A stretch of 6,853 nt of DNA from contig JAWCFL010000058.1 in the NCBI GenBank assembly GCA_038858525.1, forward strand, positions 1 to 6,853, read 5' to 3'. The position numbers were made by a program, and so were the translations under genes. This document shows, piece by piece, positions 5,956 to 6,853 of this stretch (the first letter of the stretch is position 1; every line of letters begins with the position of its first letter). The notes beneath the pieces were generated by a model, which saw only the letters and a list, made by a program, of their open reading frames with translations, made no database searches and was not told the DNA's origin. The DNA comes from Candidatus Jordarchaeales archaeon (GTDB taxonomy: Archaea > Asgardarchaeota > Jordiarchaeia > Jordiarchaeales > Freyrarchaeaceae).

Positions 5956-6852
5956 CTAGCGCCGCCTTACAAAGTAAACTGCCACGGCTACGCCAGCAAC
6001 CAACACCACAGCAGCCCCCGCCAACGCCGTGCCAACCACCTGACCCGACTGCACAGCATAGTAATACCCCAAGAGAATCAATATCATCTCAGAGGGAAGC
6101 CCTTCCTCCGTGCTCAGAACCTCAAAGTAAGGGTCAAACGAAACCGTGCTGTTTCCAAAGTGGTCCACGCAAAGCTGCAGCTCAATTCCATCCTCAGTCA
6201 CGTTAAAGTATGAAGTCACATTGATAACTCGTTGCTCCGTGTCAGAACATAAGGCATAGTTGAACCATCTGAACCTCGCCCTTACCTCATGCTCATTCCT
6301 AGCCATGACGAGCCCTACCTCACTTTCATCCTCGTCCCCAGATACTGGAGGAACGAACCCCGACATCCTGTCGTTATCACTAAAAGTTGTGCCGTTCGCT
6401 AATCTGTATCTGTACTCGTATTCTGCCTCAAACTGCTGGCACTTCAAAACCATAACTAAAGCTAACTTGCTTGCACCGCTACCGTCCACCCACTCGTAAT
6501 GGTTGATGACTATGTCCACTTTAACAGCCCTTAACCCCGGAACCACAGCAGAATATCCAGGTCCAGTAGCGTTTTCAGGATTAGCAACAGGAGTATCCTT
6601 GAAGTAAACGTAAATGTATACTGTCAGTTGCAGAATTAACTTGCCTTCATTGTCATTGTATGTTCCTACGAAGCTAACCGACGCTTTGTCATTCGTTACA
6701 TTTACACTTCCAAAAGTCCAATTCACATCTCTTGAAAGACTTATATCTCTTAACACTTGGTCATTACTATCTAATACTTCGTTGTTGTTGGTGTCGTTGA
6801 ACTCTATTATGTGTGCTGGGTGTATGTTGAACGCAAAGCCTAGATTTCGCGG
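5956..6852 (-). CDS. C-terminally anchored surface glycoprotein of unknown function, 5'-partial (continues beyond the window)
   Basis: The frame stays open upstream of the track's GTG 6756 to the window edge (...PRNLGFAFNIHPAHIIEFNDTNNNEVLDSNDQVLRDISL...). Eight N-x-S/T sequons, beta-strand-like patterning, and C-terminal TM VVGTALAGAAVVLVAGVAVAVYFV followed by RRR*. Confidence 0.85.
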   Translation of the reverse strand, partial: PRNLGFAFNIHPAHIIEFNDTNNNEVLDSNDQVLRDISLSRDVNWTFGSVNVTNDKASVSFVGTYNDNEGKLILQLTVYIYVYFKDTPVANPENATGPGYSAVVPGLRAVKVDIVINHYEWVDGSGASKLALVMVLKCQQFEAEYEYRYRLANGTTFSDNDRMSGFVPPVSGDEDESEVGLVMARNEHEVRARFRWFNYALCSDTEQRVINVTSYFNVTEDGIELQLCVDHFGNSTVSFDPYFEVLSTEEGLPSEMILILLGYYYAVQSGQVVGTALAGAAVVLVAGVAVAVYFVRRR

Positions 6853-6853
6853 C

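Noticed and set aside
4839-6499. ORFs 4839-5153, 5125-5370, 5243-5434, 5796-6206, 5902-6213, 6260-6499
   Set aside because: Shadows of the two membrane-protein genes; the Q/P/T-rich 5796-6206 product is the antisense of hydrophobic segments.
6781-6790. (GTT)n microsatellite
   Set aside because: Three codons encoding NNN in the surface protein.
1-6853. tRNA, rRNA or other structured RNA genes
   Set aside because: Intergenic gaps are short (170 nt or less) and I saw no cloverleaf or long hairpin; a covariance-model search would be needed to exclude small RNAs.

Overview
Probably an archaeal, possibly thermophilic, genome segment. This is inferred from the COG1708/COG2250-type MNT-HEPN pair, an archaeal TnpB type, TATA-like boxes, T-tract terminators and sequon-rich membrane proteins. 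Left to right: a decayed transposon remnant (truncated IS607-type tnpA, then a frameshifted and truncated tnpB); a Thermotoga/eukaryote-type (type II) NADP-isocitrate dehydrogenase on the minus strand; divergently, an FmdE-family protein with a C4 zinc finger followed by an MNT-HEPN pair; convergently, a TauE/SafE (TSUP) transporter with an unusual ~70-aa insertion; then two minus-strand membrane proteins. One has a signal peptide, a sequon-rich ectodomain, one TM helix and a cytoplasmic winged HTH. The other is a C-terminally anchored surface glycoprotein with a Ca-binding-like loop and runs off the window. The best candidate for an undescribed system is this surface protein plus membrane-tethered wHTH pair, a putative transmembrane one-component signalling module. 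All family assignments come from motif recognition and recalled family sequences; no searches were run.
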